Positions 11,811-26,335 of a DNA stretch of 64,000 nt are shown in pieces; position 1 is the stretch's first letter, and every line of letters begins with the position of its first letter. This stretch comes from Pavona decussata (lineage: Eukaryota): positions 3,038,001 to 3,102,000 of the forward strand of contig CDRNST010000067.1 of NCBI GenBank assembly GCA_977016875.1, in the 5' to 3' direction. The notes below the pieces were generated by a model. It saw nothing but the letters and a program-made list of their open reading frames with translations. It was not told the DNA's origin and searched no databases. The position numbers and the translations under genes are program-made.

Positions 11811-12599
11811 CTTCGGGCGATTGGTTACCAACCCTTACCTCAAAGCGCAAGTAATTCTACATCCAAAGCATCTGCACACTGTACCAAATGTGTCCAGCCA
11901 GTCAAAGGACACAAAAGATCTCACGACACTTCAAACAATTAATGAAATTTTTTCCCCAACACCACTTCTCCATGTTCTTCTCCATGTACGTATGAGTGGC
12001 ACAGGGCAAACAAGGTTAACAACAGAAAACAGCAAGCCCCACCAACAGTACCTCATTGGAAACCACTACTTACCATTAGCGAGTGGCTGTTGCCCCCGCC
12101 CCCCACATTTGCCAATCAATGATAGGTGGGAGACAGACCGGAAGCAATGGTTCCACAATCATTTCCATGTTAACAGGCCTCCTTTTCCTTGAAGCATCTC
12201 TTCCAATTCCCAAACAATTACAAGATCTCAGTCAGACTATACCAGTATACAGCAGTTAATCTTTACAGGAAACCACGTATACAGCTCCTTTTTAATCTTC
12301 CACCTCAGCAGCCAAACCTTGATGTCAAGCACTTGCTGACAAGAAGGATGAAAACCTTCAGAATCTAACAATCTTGCAGACAACGGCTTTTCTCTCCTCA
12401 ACATTTGGAAGAATTCACTGTGCAATACCATCGCTGAGTCCAAAGTTTGCTGCTCTGCTGCTGTGCTCATAGTACCACCCGATAACTCAATGGCACTATG
12501 CTTCATCCAAGCAGTCATGTGCCTTTTTTGAAAGTCTCTCACATGGTCTACAGGGGGCCGTTATTAATTATTAACAATCTTTAAATAGGATGCTCCATC

Positions 12600-13545
12600 A
12601 CAAGAGTGGTTTACATAGAGGTCCTATTACTAGATGTATATTAAATGATGCAATTAAAATATAAAAAATTTAAGCTAAAATCGAGATATAAAAATAATTA
12701 CAGCATACACACTGCAATTAAGGATTAAAAACAAATACTTAATTATAAAAAGCAGGAAAAAGACACTTCTTAAAAATTGCAAAACTCGCTGAGTTTCTTA
12801 CAGTTCTCTCTAACTCATTAAAGTCTTTGAAACAGTGGTACCGCGAACGATGTTTTCCCCAATTATATTTGATTTTGGGGAGCTTGATATTATCGTTATT
12901 GCACGTATTGTAGGAGTGCATATCACTTTCTTACAATGTCCAAAGAATGATTAAGTTGGCCATTAATACACTTGCATGCATACATACATCGATGACATTT
13001 CCTGAGTTCTTCAAGATTCAGCCATCTCAAGACTGTCAATGCATCAGTGGATGAGGAGTGAGGTGATCTATCTAATATCAACTTAGCTGCTTTGTTTTGC
13101 AGAATTTGCAATTCCTTCATAAGGGAGACATTGTCCTTGTCACCCCAGACTAAATCAGCATAATCAAAAATAGGTAGCACTAAGCTATTATAAAAAGTAA
13201 CCGGGCATTATAAGGTAAATAATACTCAATCCTATGTAAAAGACCAAGGTTCTTATTAAACTTACATGAAATATACTCAATATGGTCAGACCATGTAAAA
13301 GTTGAAGACAACATAACTCCCAAATATTTAAAACTAGTTACAGAATTTATATCAGTGTCAAAAATTGATAACGTGAAAGAGGAAATACCAACAAGTTTCC
13401 TATTACTTCCTATAATCATGGATTTCGTCTTAGTAAGATTTAAAGTTAACTTATTTCAATGTAACCAATGGGCAACTTGCAAGAGATCATCATTCAGTGC
13501 CTCTTGTAACAGGTGTGGCTCCTTAGCAAAGTAGTACAGAAACCA
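12600..13545 (-). mobile_element. L2/CR1-group LINE 3' fragment (RT C-terminus and 3' UTR)
   Basis: LTLNLTKT, FKYLGV, TWSDHI, LPIFDYADLVWG, LQILQNKAAKLIL. Confidence 0.85.
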
Positions 13546-13574
13546 TTATATCCACAAACTGTTCAGGCAATGTC

Positions 13575-14296
13575 AGCATTACAAAATCGCGCCCACTGAA
13601 ACACATCGCCCGACAAAACTAGGGAACCATGATGCTTTGCGAGCATTACAAAACGTGCCACTGCTGGTGGTATCTTTTGTCGCACAACATGAATCCTCAA
13701 GAGTGTTCGTTTATTTGTTTGCTCAAGAAAAAGGAGTTTGGTAAGGAAACAGTAGCAGCGCCCTTTAAAAAGCAATGTTTTAAAGTTCTAACATCGAATG
13801 TGGTTGATTTAGGATCATTTCATTCCAAATTTTTGCTTGGAGTCGCAGTATATTGCCGTAAAAACACGCTTGGTTGATTGAAAATTGCATTTGCTTGTTT
13901 CCGCTGTGCCGCTCGATATGCAAATTACTTTCAATTCACTGGAAACTGTGATTATCTGTTTTCCTCCTTTTTTATCGCAATGATAGCATACATAATGCCC
14001 ATTCTTATTGGGAACTGTCGTTTGTCATTGAATAAACTAAAAATCGTCACTTCCTTGATAGCACAAGGCAATTTTTTATTTAGTTTAGTTTAGCCATGCA
14101 ACTTCTACTGATAAACTTTGCCTTTCGTTCTTTTGTGCTGCGTTATTTTCTCTATTATGTTTCAATGAATAGATGCATTCCACGAATTGTCACTCTAACA
14201 ACACCATACACAAAAGACTGCTGTGATTGACGTCCAAAATGAAGCTCATTTGCAATTTACGAGCGACGTGATTCAATGGGGCGATTTCGTAATGGC
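13575..14296. mobile_element. Non-autonomous TIR element with imperfect TIRs
   Basis: CATTACAAAATCGCGCCCACTGAA (left) vs reverse complement of TTCAATGGGGCGATTTCGTAATG (right). Confidence 0.5.
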
Positions 14297-15953
14297 AATT
14301 TTGTGCAATACTTTAACAGAATGGTCATGTGCGACTGGCAGACTCATTTACATGGGGCAAATTTGGCTGTGTTAGGTCTTAAAAGAAGAAGGAAATTTAT
14401 TGACAAAACAGAAAGAACCTACTGCACAAATTACAACCAGAAGTTCAAAATTATGCAATATAATTTAAGCCCAGAAATTGCTCCCTTACCCACATGTACA
14501 GTTCCAGGACATCGAATCGAACAAATTAAAACAAAATTTTAATTCAAACTATCAAACTTGATCAAACATAATCAGAAAGATTTCTCAACTGTTTTTGTCA
14601 GTTTGATTTTGTTCAATTGGGTTTGGAAATCTAATCCAATCAAACTATTGAGTAGGATGATTGAGAGGTCCAATTAGATGTCGCAGACCACAGTTAATTT
14701 GACCCCAGCGCCATGCAGCGATGAGAAAATCAGGTCTACCCTCATTTGCTGAATTTGTGGGATTATTGATGCTCCAGTAGTGTCATAAATTTTGAGAGAG
14801 CATCCATCAAAACCTTGGTTACCTATCTGTAACAGCTTCCCGATAAAGCTGTGAGATGTCTTCTAAGGCATGCCATTGGTGCCAAAATTATACAATTCAT
14901 TTCCCGCGTTTAACAGGGTGGGTCACATGACATAAATCTTGTATTTCAAGGGTATTGGTGTTTCATTCTTACCTTTGTCTTTGTTTTGTTTTGTACACTC
15001 TATAGTTAGTTCTGTATTTTTGTATAAATTTCGTCTTATATCAATCATGATTCAATACAATTTACGATCGCTTCCTCCCCATGACTATGTGGTCATGAAT
15101 TCAGGCATGGACTTGAAGGAGAACGAAGAATTTCATGACAGTTTCGACTTTTCTCCAGAGACAGTCCCACCTGGCACCAGTCATAGAAATCCTTCAAGTC
15201 AGTCCTCCACTCCCCTCACTCCGAAGAGAGGAGCAAATGGTTTGCAAGACAAGATTGCTGAGTTAACCATGGCCGTGAATCAAGCTGAGGCTGAAAATGA
15301 CGAGTTAGAACCGCAAGCTGAGGTGGCAAAGCTAAAGATCAAGCATCATGCGTTACATAAGCGGATTGCCTCTTGCAGAGTCAAACCGCTTGTGTCAAAG
15401 CAGTTCCAGCTTAACATGCAGGACCCTGGTAGCCTTCTGTAATGATTAAAGACCTCCGTGCAGATCCTGCTTTGACCACAAGGGTTTTTGCCAAAATCAG
15501 TCATCTTGGGCTGTCTTCAAGCAACTCTGAAGATGAGGGCATGGCATCCACCCAGAAGAGTGCCCGAGGTAAGAAACTGAAGCCAGGAAAAACTGTCAAG
15601 CTTACAGGCCGAGTGTTCACTCCAGTTATGGCCACACAGCTTTCTCAGTCTTGATTACGTGTCTAAAGATCATAATTATGACAAGCTAACTCTCACTGAA
15701 TTCGCTGCCAGGTATGCCTCCATCTTGCAATTGAAAAGCCTCCTGATAGATGAGCAAGCCGGATGCCTTGATCATTTTGTGGTTTTGTAACTCAGTTTGC
15801 CTGTCCTGCCATACAGGAATTTCACGCCCCTGTCCTTTTTGAAATCGAGTGTGGCTGTGCTCGTTGGGGTGATTCGTTTGCTCATTTAGAATCTCCCCTT
15901 CTTCATGTCACGACTAGACCTATGGGTAGCTCAAGTTCTTCTCGCCAGTCCAG

Positions 15954-16140
15954 NNNNNNNNNNNNNNNNNNNNNNNNNNNNNNNNNNNNNNNNNNNNNNN
16001 NNNNNNNNNNNNNNNNNNNNNNNNNNNNNNNNNNNNNNNNNNNNNNNNNNNNNNNNNNNNNNNNNNNNNNNNNNNNNNNNNNNNNNNNNNNNNNNNNNNN
16101 NNNNNNNNNNNNNNNNNNNNNNNNNNNNNNNNNNNNNNNN
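15954..16140. other. Assembly gap (187 N)
   Basis: Run of N. Confidence 1.
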
Positions 16141-16931
16141 AGCCCAGAGGCTGGATTACGGACTGTACAATATATAATGCTAAACACGCAATAAGATAAA
16201 AAAAACTATTCTAAATAAATAAATAACAGTATAAGTGAAAATAAAAAACAAAGGAACAAAGATACTACGTCGTAAAATATAAAAAATAGCCGCGGATATA
16301 CGATAAAAACATTAGAAAATAGCCACGTTATGCATGATAAAACCATTCTTAAATCTATTTGTTCTACAAATAGGTACCTTAAAAGCGCACTTTCTCCTTA
16401 AAGCTACGGTACTAAGATTACGTGGCGGGAAAAGGCCATGTAATTTGGGGAGGCTGTTGTCCTTAATCCCATTGAATAGTCTCTCCGTCAGCCATTGGCG
16501 CCGTTGATGGAGGGTGGTAATGTTGCACTCTTTAAAAGCCTCTTGGTAGCCTAAGCCTGGGAAAATAATTCTAAGTGCATGGCGCTGAATTTTCTCTAGC
16601 TCGTCAGAGAGATACTCAGGCAGACCATTGTGGAAAACTTGGCGAGCATATTCAGACACGGGCCGGATACACGTAGTATAGAAACAAAGTAGCTGCGGAG
16701 GATCTCCTTTTGCACGCTTCAGTTGCCTTAACAGATAAAGCCTAGAGGCTCCTTTTTTGATAACATTCTCTATGTGAGCGTTCCACTTTAGATTGTTTGA
16801 AATTGTGAGACCAAGACGTTTTACGCTAGTTACAACCTCTATTGGTTTGTTGTTAAAAGTAACTGCTTCGAAGGGATCTACAGACTTTAAGAAACTTATC
16901 TGCAACTCTTTACACTTGTTTTCATTCAATT
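16141..16931 (-). mobile_element. LINE 3' fragment (CR1/L2/Rex group) inserted in the Ngaro-like gag
   Basis: ORF 16312-16929: NENKCKEL, KRLGLTISNNLKWNAHI, RLYLLRQLK, IRPVSEYA, RTNRFKN. Confidence 0.85.
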
Positions 16932-18149
16932 GGTACTTTTGCCATGATTTTCAGAGCGGCAAGTGTACGCATACCAAGGATCATTATGAAATGATTTGCA
17001 ATGAAAGAAAATGGTTACAGCATATCTGTGCTTTGTCGCACACCACTGCTAGACACTGAGTTTTCTGAAGACTGCCCCAATCAAGTCTGTCTAACTTTCA
17101 AGTGACACTGTGTTTCCGACTAACAATCGTTTTCCAGACTTTTATGATTCAAGATTTTTCCAGACTTTTTTGCCTGTTACTGAGTCGGGTTTAGATTCTC
17201 GAGAGGACTCTTGTAATGCAAGTTCTTCAAGTCAATTTGTAGATTCGCACGATCTGACCGATATGTTTTACATGCAGGTTTTGTGCCTGACTCACGTTTC
17301 ATGACAAATTCGCCTGTTGTAGTCTCTGATTTATCTTCACCCACTGATTTAGTTGCTTCCAGTGGTTGTAGGATTCTTCGCTTTGCATGCCGTTTGGAGA
17401 TCATATCTGCGGGAGTATGCTGATTATGCAGTTTGCGATTTTTTGAAGTTTGGCTGGCCAGTTGGTTTCAATTATTCTTGTCTACTCCCGACAAATGTTC
17501 TCTTTCACAATCAGAAGGGTGCTATTGATTTTCCTGATGCTATTGATATTTACTTGTTATTGGAGATTGGGCGGCATGCGGTTATCGGCCAGTTTTCCCG
17601 TAATGCTTTCTCATGTCCCATTGCAGTCTCTCCTTTGAACTCTGTAACTAAGCCAGATACCACGGAACAGAGAATTACTCTGGATCTTAGCTGGCCAGTT
17701 GGTTCTTCGGTAAATGATGGCATCCTTTCTGGTATTTATTCAGTTACATTAGGAGTTTGAGCTCGTTTATCCAATAGTGGACCTGACTGCTGATTGCGTG
17801 GCAGCTCTCGGTTCTGGTTGTTTACTCTTCAAACAGGATTTTAAATGGGCTTACCATCAATTCCCTGTGGATCCGCATGATTATCAGCTCTTACGATACT
17901 ACTGGAACGGTCATTTCTATTTTGGCATCGTGTTACCTATGGAGCTTAGGACTGCTGCATAGCCTGCGTAGCTGGCAGTCTTGTTCGCGTTGGGGTAAAA
18001 AAGCTTTATGGTGGAGCAGCCATAGCGAGCGGCAAAGCCGTGAGAAAAACAGTCTGCTGGATTTCTTGAGTTTTTTGAATGCTGCCCACTTTTAGCACTT
18101 TCGTTAATTTTCGCGGGGTGTAAAAGCGATGTAAAGGTGCGAAACAATA

Positions 18150-19180
18150 CGAAGCTCGTATGCATGGATAGATCTATTGAAAATACAGCAAAATAAGGAA
18201 GACCGGCCAAAGAGGAAAGCCCGAGTGAATTTTGTAGACTGCGCTTTTGTAAACTCAAGCTGCAGTTCGGAGATTTTCAGAAAACGTGTTATGTTTCTAC
18301 GGAGAACTTGTTCAAACATCCAAGGGAGACGACAAAACCTTAGCGGAGCTGTGCTCTCACATTGGACTGCAAGTCTCAACACAGTTCTTTTGACGATAAA
18401 ACTAAATCGATGATCTTAAACTTGTATCGAAGAAATTGGAAAACTGTTGCTAACTTAGCGGTAAGTCACCCTGATATGCAACGCAAACTTGGGGATCCGT
18501 TGGGAGGGGCAGTCTCACAAGAGTTTAAAGAATATTACAGGGATGCTACTGAATCTGTATTAAAGAAGTTGAGCCCTGATGATCGGATGAAGCGGATGTT
18601 TGGTGTCCATTGCGGATGTCTTGCTTAAAAGATGACTGTATTATATCACACTCACGCCAAAGCGAGAATTTCAAGGGAACAAACTCCCTTGCCTTGTCAA
18701 TGGCAGTTGCTGCTAAATGCAGGAATCAAAAGATGTCGGCACTTTCATACGGTATATGAACACTTCTCTTTCACAGCGGCGTCAAACATGATGATTTGAA
18801 GCTTCTGAACAGCATGAGTTTATGCATGTCTCTCGAGTCAATCATCGAGCTTCAGAAGAAGATGGGGGAGAATTATAAAACGAAAGTGACGCAATCGAAA
18901 AAGGAAATTGAAACGGTGAAGAGGGGCAAGTCTGTTAATGAGCGAGGTGAAGGCGAGGCAAGTGGGATACCAAATGCGAATTGCGAATTGAAATTGACTT
19001 TACTAAGGACACTGTCAAGACATACGATTTCTATGAGCCACGTATCTACAGGTACTGTAAAATGCAACTTGAAAGCTGTGCATATGTTCGGGTCCAAATC
19101 GTCTGCTTGTTACAGACCGTGATTTAGCTCGAGCAACAGATGAAATTGTTAACGTAAAGCTCCCATGTTACAGGTGAGAC
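18150..19180 (+). pseudogene. Decayed N-terminal region resembling DUF6589-associated proteins
   Basis: Reconstructed AVAAKCRNQKMSALSYGI*TLLFHSGVKHDDLKLLNSMSLCMS motif; family recognised by eye only. Confidence 0.45.
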
Positions 19181-19717
19181 AAAAGATAAGTTACTGCTAA
19201 TTAATGAACCAATTTGTTATTGGTCAAAAATTTAAGGTGGCTAGAAGTAGTTTTTTTTTTCCTGCGACGCCTAGTCACTAGTCTGGTGAGCCTCCACAAC
19301 ATGCGCGCATTATTTAAAGTTTCACAAAATCAAAACAAAGATGGCGGCCAAATAGTTGTGTCCCAAAAATTTTATACGCCTTCGAGTACGAATCATCGGT
19401 TAATTAAGTCTTCCTAAAAGCTTTGGTCCTCGAAATGTTTTGAGTTGGTACCTCAAGGAAAATGGTGTTAAAACCGCAGTCAGTGTATCGTATAACATGG
19501 TGAAAGCACACTATTCTGCGATCGAGTGCTTGACTAGTGAAGAAAACAACAAAAGTCAAGAAGAAGAAAAATGCAACTTTTGGTTTTCTTCGGCCTTTCT
19601 AATGGGCTGGCCTCGATATCAGAACACTGTTTAACATGTTTTCCGTCGCTTATGGCGCTGGTGGCGAAGATGATAGAAAAGAGAAAAATCCTTTGTGCAT
19701 GTTTCACGCTATAAAGG

Positions 19718-20084
19718 GTGCCTCACGTCATGAAAATACAAAGCGTGTTTGAAAGCCTCGCGAAGGCAATTGCAGTGAAGTCAAAACGACCCAGTGAAAA
19801 AGAAAATGAAACAGAGGAAGAATATTTGGAGCCAGCTAGAAAAAGGGCAACTAGGTCCCAAGAGGAGTTTTTATTCGATGAACTTTATTCAATTAACCCA
19901 AAATTGTAACATGTTTTGCACAAAAGAGCATCTCGTGTATAAACCAGTCAGAGTCTTCAATGCAGACAATTATCTGTTTTATAGCAAACTGTCAATGGAA
20001 AGAGTTTTCACCCTTCAGGGCCAAGAGTGATTGATTTGGAAGTTCTAACAAATGACCTGAAATGCTGCTCACACTGTCACGCAG
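19718..20084 (+). pseudogene. First exon of a Mutator-like transposase relic
   Basis: Ends SGPRVIDLEVLTNDLKCCSHCHA followed by GTAAGT; resembles the GRRIVEL..L...L.CxxC start of this family. Confidence 0.45.
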
Positions 20085-21724
20085 GTAAGTCAAAATTATC
20101 CCTGATATTGTCACTGATGCATTGAGTCTTTCAATTTGTAGAACAACAATTCAAGAGTATTTCATGGAAAATATACATTTCTGCATTAAGTTTTCTTCAA
20201 GCAGTATTCTTATACGACAAACTCAAGAAATGTAGATAAATCATTTATTTGCTTTTCCATAAAATTGTTGGTTAAATTATTTCTCTGCTCCATCTGGTTC
20301 TTCCTCATTTTTTTACCCAAAGCTTCATGGCTCTCTAAACCAGCTAGGAGGGCAAGGCAGTTCTGGGGAAGAGAATGGTTCCTCGCTGATTATTCAAAGT
20401 AAATGATACCTAATAGAGATTTACTTCTTATTCCAAATGTATTGGAATATCAGATGAATCATAATCACTTTTAGTAAAAAGTAAACAAAATAAAATCAGT
20501 GTTTTTGAACTTGTATCTTCTAGATTCATGTTTTATTTCAAGTGTTTGGCAAAATCACCCTATTACATTCTTATCTGTAGACTATGAGTGGTATCTTACT
20601 CTCACAGGGATTGTGGAGCAGACGAAACACCAAAGCTCCCTCCCCCACACTGTCTTTTTGTGACAAGGATCTTTTCCACTCTCTCTGAGATAAATAACAG
20701 ACTAGTTGAAGTCTACATTGCTTTAACTATCTAACAATCAAAAACGAGATGAATGGAAACAAAGATTTGAAATACTTGCAACCAGTATGCAGGCTAACCT
20801 TAGTCACATTATTTATTTTAAAATAACTAAATACTGTAAAAGCAGCCAGAACTGTATTTTTTTGCTAGAAATGGATACCAGTAATTAGATGGAACTAAGT
20901 TATTACTAAAAAATCATTTTCTCGATTACAAATTTACAGTAATAGTAACAAAAGCAGGAACATCGGAGAACAGCTGTAGATACAAGCCAAACTATTTTCA
21001 CAGCAGTTTTCTGCTCTCCCAATCTTTGACTAGTGTTACCACATCCAAAATGAAGTGGCTTTCACTCAACCATAATGCAAATAGAATGATTTCACATAAA
21101 CTGTGAAACACGTTTATGTTCACTATGTTTTAGTGAATAATTTAAACAATAGGGGACAAGAGAATTAGGGTCAAATAATACCTTATTGTCCAGTATGCAT
21201 TTTCAGATAGATGTTTTGGGGATCAACCCTCCATCAGAATTTGTTTGCCACTGATGAAGGGGTCATTCCAAACTGTCTGTCTGAAAACACCAGACCAAGG
21301 ACTCCAACCTTACAGATTGTTATGAATATGCAGCCAAAAATGATTTTACCTTATTGTCCAATAGCTATTTCATGAGTTTTGTGAAATCATTCTATGACCA
21401 TTTTTCTTCTTTATCTAATATTTAATATCCTCAAATGTTGTACTCGTGTCCAGAGAGAGGAGATACTCTCCTATATAAACTTTGGAGTTATGTGCTGCCC
21501 AACATGAAAGGATATTTTTGAACTACGCATTTGGTGTCCCTAGTATTTGCCTCCTGCACTCCGACTTGGTGTGAATCTTCAAACAATAGACCCCGTCCAA
21601 AATACAGAAGAGTACCCCTTCATTCAGGACTGGGGTACTTGTTTGTTAACATATAGTGTCTGTTTATTTGGTCCAGTTTAGAAAATACTGACCCCTAAAC
21701 TTCACACCACTGTAGACTACGACG

Positions 21725-21910
21725 TCTCTTATTTTTGTTTGAGATAGTAGAGCGAGCATTAGTAGTGTGAGCGAGGTAAGTCACCTTCTACGGAGTCACC
21801 CTCGTGAGGGAAAAACTAAAAATACCCACCCTCACGTGGGTGACTTTAAGCAGCAGGCGACTTCCGCGTGCGGGCTTCCTCGCTCTACTATCTCAACCAA
21901 AAATAAGAGA
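21725..21910. mobile_element. MITE with ~32-bp TIRs
   Basis: TCTCTTATTTTTGTTTGAGATAGTAGAGCGAG ... CTCGCTCTACTATCTCAACCAAAAATAAGAGA. Confidence 0.8.
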
Positions 21911-24900
21911 GTGAAGATTGTTGAAAAGTATTATTAAAGAAGTTTACCGTGTTCAAGAACGCGGTACTCGATCTTTCACATTGGTGGCAGCGACCCGGAA
22001 TTCAAAACACGCCAAACAAGCTAAATTTTGGCGTGATCATGGGCAAGAAGAAGGAAACCAAAGGCGCCGAAGTTGGAGTGAAACCCGAATCGATGGAATT
22101 TGAAAGCAAAGGCGCCGAAGGTGGATTAAAAGTCGAATCGGCAAGCCATGGAAGCAACGAACCGCAAGAAGACAGCACTGGACAACTTGTAAGCTCTTTA
22201 TCAGAAGCCTTGAAGCGAAGTCTAGAATCCCAAAGCAAAAACCGTGGTGGGAAGAAAAATTGCAAGACTGCCGCGAGTGTTTTCAGTCGGGCAAAATTTC
22301 AAAACATGGATTGCGCAGTTCACACGATATGCCAACCTGGTGCAAGTTAAAAACTCTGAACAGCGGGCATATTTTCTTAACTTGCCCAATCAACCTGCTC
22401 TCAGGGCTGTGGAAATGTTACGGCTTCCAGACGCTATCGTTTGAGGATTTCACCGTGAAACTGATCGAGAGATTAGATTCTGGTAAAACGCATGAAGACT
22501 ACAAGCTTCAATTAGTGCACAATGCCAAAAGCCGAGCAAAGACATTTGAGAGTTACAGTGATGCGTTGATGGAGTTAGCGGAGAATGCTTACCCCGAGGC
22601 AGCTTACTCGTTTAAAGTCGAACTGGCCCGGGATCAGTTTATGCAAGGGTTATCGATCAGCGACGACTTGAGGGAAAGATTGGTTATGAGTAAGCCTCGT
22701 TGTTTGACAGAAGCCATTCGAGTTGTAAGGCAACTGGAGAGCGCACGCAAGGCATGTAAACCGAGTGGTAGAAACAAGTCACTGAATGCGGTAGCAAGTT
22801 CGACTGCAGATCAGAAAATTACAAGTTAAATTCACGAGCTGAAAGAGCTGGTTTTGGGAATTAGTAAGAAAGTTGAGGAGCTCGAGAAGAAAACGACCGA
22901 GAGGGATTCTGGGATGTCTCGCCAGGGACCTTTTACGTGCTACGTGTGCAGTCATATGGGTCACTTTGCACGAGACTGCCCTTCTCAAGCTCAGCAAGCA
23001 CAAATTTCGGGAAACGGTTTACGGGGCCTGCAAAGGGCCAACCAGACCCCGCACCAGCGATAAATGGGTCCCCAGAAATGCACTGTGATGTTGAAGGCAG
23101 TCGTGTTGTTTCGTCCATTTCCGATGCTGGTATTTATCTCTCTGGACTAGTGAATCATCGAACGGTCTCTATTATGCTTGATACGGGTGCAACAGTGAGT
23201 GTGTTAAGTGAGCAAATGTGGAGGAAATTCAAGCCTTACACCTGTGACTGCCACTCTGACTGCTGCAAATGGCAACCAGATTAAAGTTCAAGGACAGAGA
23301 TTAGGATTCGCATAGCAGACTTTGATACCTCTTGGACAGTGATTGTTGCACGCAGAGTATCACATGACTGTCTGCTGGGTAATGACTTTTTCCATGAGTC
23401 CAAGTGCAAAATTTGCTATGATACGGGAACATTTATGGTCGGTGCCACTGCAGTTCCTTTCCATTATCAGAAAGTAAAACCTGTTGTGTGTAGGGTGATT
23501 TTGCACACTGACACTGAGATTGAACCAGGGACTGATCGAATTGTTGGAGGAAGGCTGGAGATAGGGTTTGAAAGAAACTCTGGGAACCCGGGGAGAGTTG
23601 AGGATTTGAAAACACTGCGAAAGAACAAAGAGTTCAGTGTTGGACGTTCCCTTGTAGTTCCAAAAAATGGGGATACCCGAGTATGTGTTGCTAACTTTAC
23701 TGACAAACCAATCAAGCTGCCAACTGGTCATGTGATTGGATTCTATCACCCACTTAGTATTGTGAATGGGGAGACTACTTCAGTTCAGGTGGATGTGAAT
23801 GTGCCACAGGACCTCCAGTCAAAATGTTCAAACCAGACTGTGGACAGTGAAGGGAAGGTGAATGCAAAGAAAGATAATCGTAGTTAAGTCGGATATTCAG
23901 TTTGATGAGTCTGACATTTCAGAAGACCAGCAAGAACGTTTTTTGTCTATGATCGATAACTTTTCAGATATCTGATTTGGGAAAGACCAGCTTGAGTGAA
24001 CATACAATTGACCCTGGTGAGTTCCAGCCAATCAAACTACCTCCCAGGCGTACACCACCCCATCAGAGGGAAATAATTGACCGGCAGCTGGATGACCTGT
24101 TGAAACATGGAAGAATTGAGCCCTCGCAGAGTCCTTGGAGTCCCCCTGTGGTCCTGGCACGCAAGCATTATGGGAAATTTCGTATGTGTGTAGATTACCG
24201 TAAGCTAAACCAGTGTACTGTGAAGGATGCACAGCCATTGCCTAGGTCAGATAATGTGCTTGAAGCAGTGGGCAGGGCACGTTTTCGTGTTTGGACCTTG
24301 CTTCAGTTATTGGCAAATGCAAATAGCAGACAAAGACCGACCAAAGACTGCATTTTCCACACACAGAGGCCATTTTCAATGGAAAGTTATGCCCTTCGGA
24401 TTAACCAATGGGCCAGCCAGCTTTACCATCTTATGAACTTGGCCCTAGATGGGCTTACTTGGACTTACTGTTTGGTTTATCTCGATGACATTATTGTCTG
24501 GTCTGCTACTTTTGATGAACATTTGTATCATCTACGTCAAGTCTTTGACAGGATTAGAAAGGCTGGATTGAAGTTGAAACCTGCCAAATGTCAGTTCTTG
24601 AAGAAGCGAGTAACTTTCCTGGGACATGTCATGTCCTGCAAGGGCATTGAGACTGACCCAGAGAAAACTAGAGCTGTTGACGAGTGGCCAACCCCTGAGA
24701 ATTTAACAGAATTGCAGAGTTTTCTTGGTCTGGCAAGTTAATAGAGACGGTTCATTGTTGACTTTTCCATTGTCGCAGAGCCTCTGCACAGACTGAGCAA
24801 GAAAGGAGTAATGTTCCAGGGGGGGCCGGAGCAAAAAAGCATTTTAAGAGCTGACGCACCGCCTTACCAGTGCTCCAGTGCTTGCCCGCCCAGACTTCTC

Positions 24901-26335
24901 ACCAGGTTCAGGGACCTTTGTACTGGATACTGATGCCAGCCAGCAATTGGGGATCGGTGCAAGTCCAACACGATGGAACCGAGAGGGTAGTGGCCTATGG
25001 TAGTCATCTGTTGAATGACCATGAAAGGAACTACTGTACCACTCGACTAGAAATGTTAGCCCTTGTTACATATGTGGACTATTTCCGCTATTATCTTGCC
25101 AGCTGCAAATTTCTAGTACGGACTGACCATCATTCATTGAAGTGGTTGATGTCATTCTGAGAGCCAGAAGGCCAGATTGCGCGATGGCTTGTACGACTTC
25201 AAGAATACGACTTTGAGGTAGAGCATCGAGCTGGCAAATCACATTGCAATGAGAATGCAATGTCTCGGAAGCCGAGATGCTTCCATGGCGACTGTCCGTC
25301 ATGTGGTCCAACTGAGCCATTACGAACAAGGGTTTTCACCCTGACACCAGGACACTCCAAATCGGGAGAGGACGATGTCACCCCTGGAAATTTGTGATCT
25401 GCCGACGCCATCGCTCGAGCTCAAAGAGAAGACACAGATATTGGACCGGTATTGGGGCAGTACCTGAAGGAAAAAAAGAAGCCACCTATGCGTGAATTAC
25501 AGTCCTTAAGCAGCACTTCAAGAGCAATATGGGCTCAGTGTGAACTTATGGAGGTTGTTGATGGTGTGCTTTGTATTCGTTCTGAGAAGAGTAGTTCACC
25601 GAGGCAACACCATGTTGTCTTGCCAGTGAGCCATGTCCAGTCAGCACTCAAAGAATGCCATGATGCTGTGGCAGGAGGTCATCTTGGGCGCGAGAAAACC
25701 CTTCAAAAGTTGAATACTCGCCTCTGGTGCCCAAACCTCTCCAGAAGTGTCAAGGAGTATTGTGATGACTGCCTGCCTCGTGCCAAAGGCAAACCATGTC
25801 GGAAACCCAAGGCACCATTACAGCCCCTTCCTTCTGGTTATCCTATGCAGCGGCTGCACATAGACATAGTAGGACCACTACCACGAACCAAGAGAAAGAA
25901 CCGTTTTATCCTCACTGTGCAATGTAGCTTTATCAAATGGGCCGAGGCGTATGCAATACCAAACCAACGGGCTTCTACATGCGCTAGAGTTCTGATCGAG
26001 AACTGGATCTGTAGGTTTGGAGTGCCAGACAGTATACATTCAGATCAAGGACGCAACTTTGAGCTGCAATTGTTCCAAGAAACATGTATGCTGCTGGGAA
26101 TCAACAAGACAAGATCCACTGCGTATCACCGCGAAGGAAATGGACAAGCCGAGAATTTGCATCGGACAATGAAGGGCATGCTTACTGCAAGGGCAGAGGA
26201 GCAACAAGGTCATTGGGACGAACAGTTGGACTTCTGCATGATGGCATATCAGAGCAGTCTCCGCTCATCGACTGGACACACACTCTTTGAACTTGTGTTT
26301 GGGCATAAAATGTGACTCCCTTTGGATGTAATGAC
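21911..26335 (+). mobile_element. Degenerate Ty3/Gypsy LTR retrotransposon (LTR remnant, PBS, gag, PR, RT, RH, IN); 3' end truncated
   Basis: CYVCSHMGHFARDC knuckle; LDTGATVS; MPFGLTN; YLDD; TDHHSL; H-x6-H and CxxC; IDIVGP, HSDQG, QAEN. Confidence 0.93.
21982..21992 (+). promoter_or_regulatory. Primer-binding site (tRNA-Leu-like)
   Basis: TGGTGGCAGCG, 1 nt after the LTR-end CA. Confidence 0.65.

Larger units (their letters stand above)
14800..17958 (+). mobile_element. Ngaro/DIRS-like retroelement relic (gag-like with Cys/His motifs plus N-terminal RT), interrupted by the gap and a LINE
   Basis: Gag-like WPHSFL..YDKLTLTEF..HAPVLFEIECG..WGD and CHDFQSGKC..HIC. RT: SPLNSV.K, LDLSWP.GSSVNDGI, LFKQDFKWAYHQFPVDP, LPM.LR. 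Confidence 0.75.

Noticed and set aside
11820-12550. Coding-like segment after the kinase
   Set aside because: No recognisable motif in any frame; left uncalled.
15903-16194. ORFs spanning poly-X
   Set aside because: Artefacts of the N gap.
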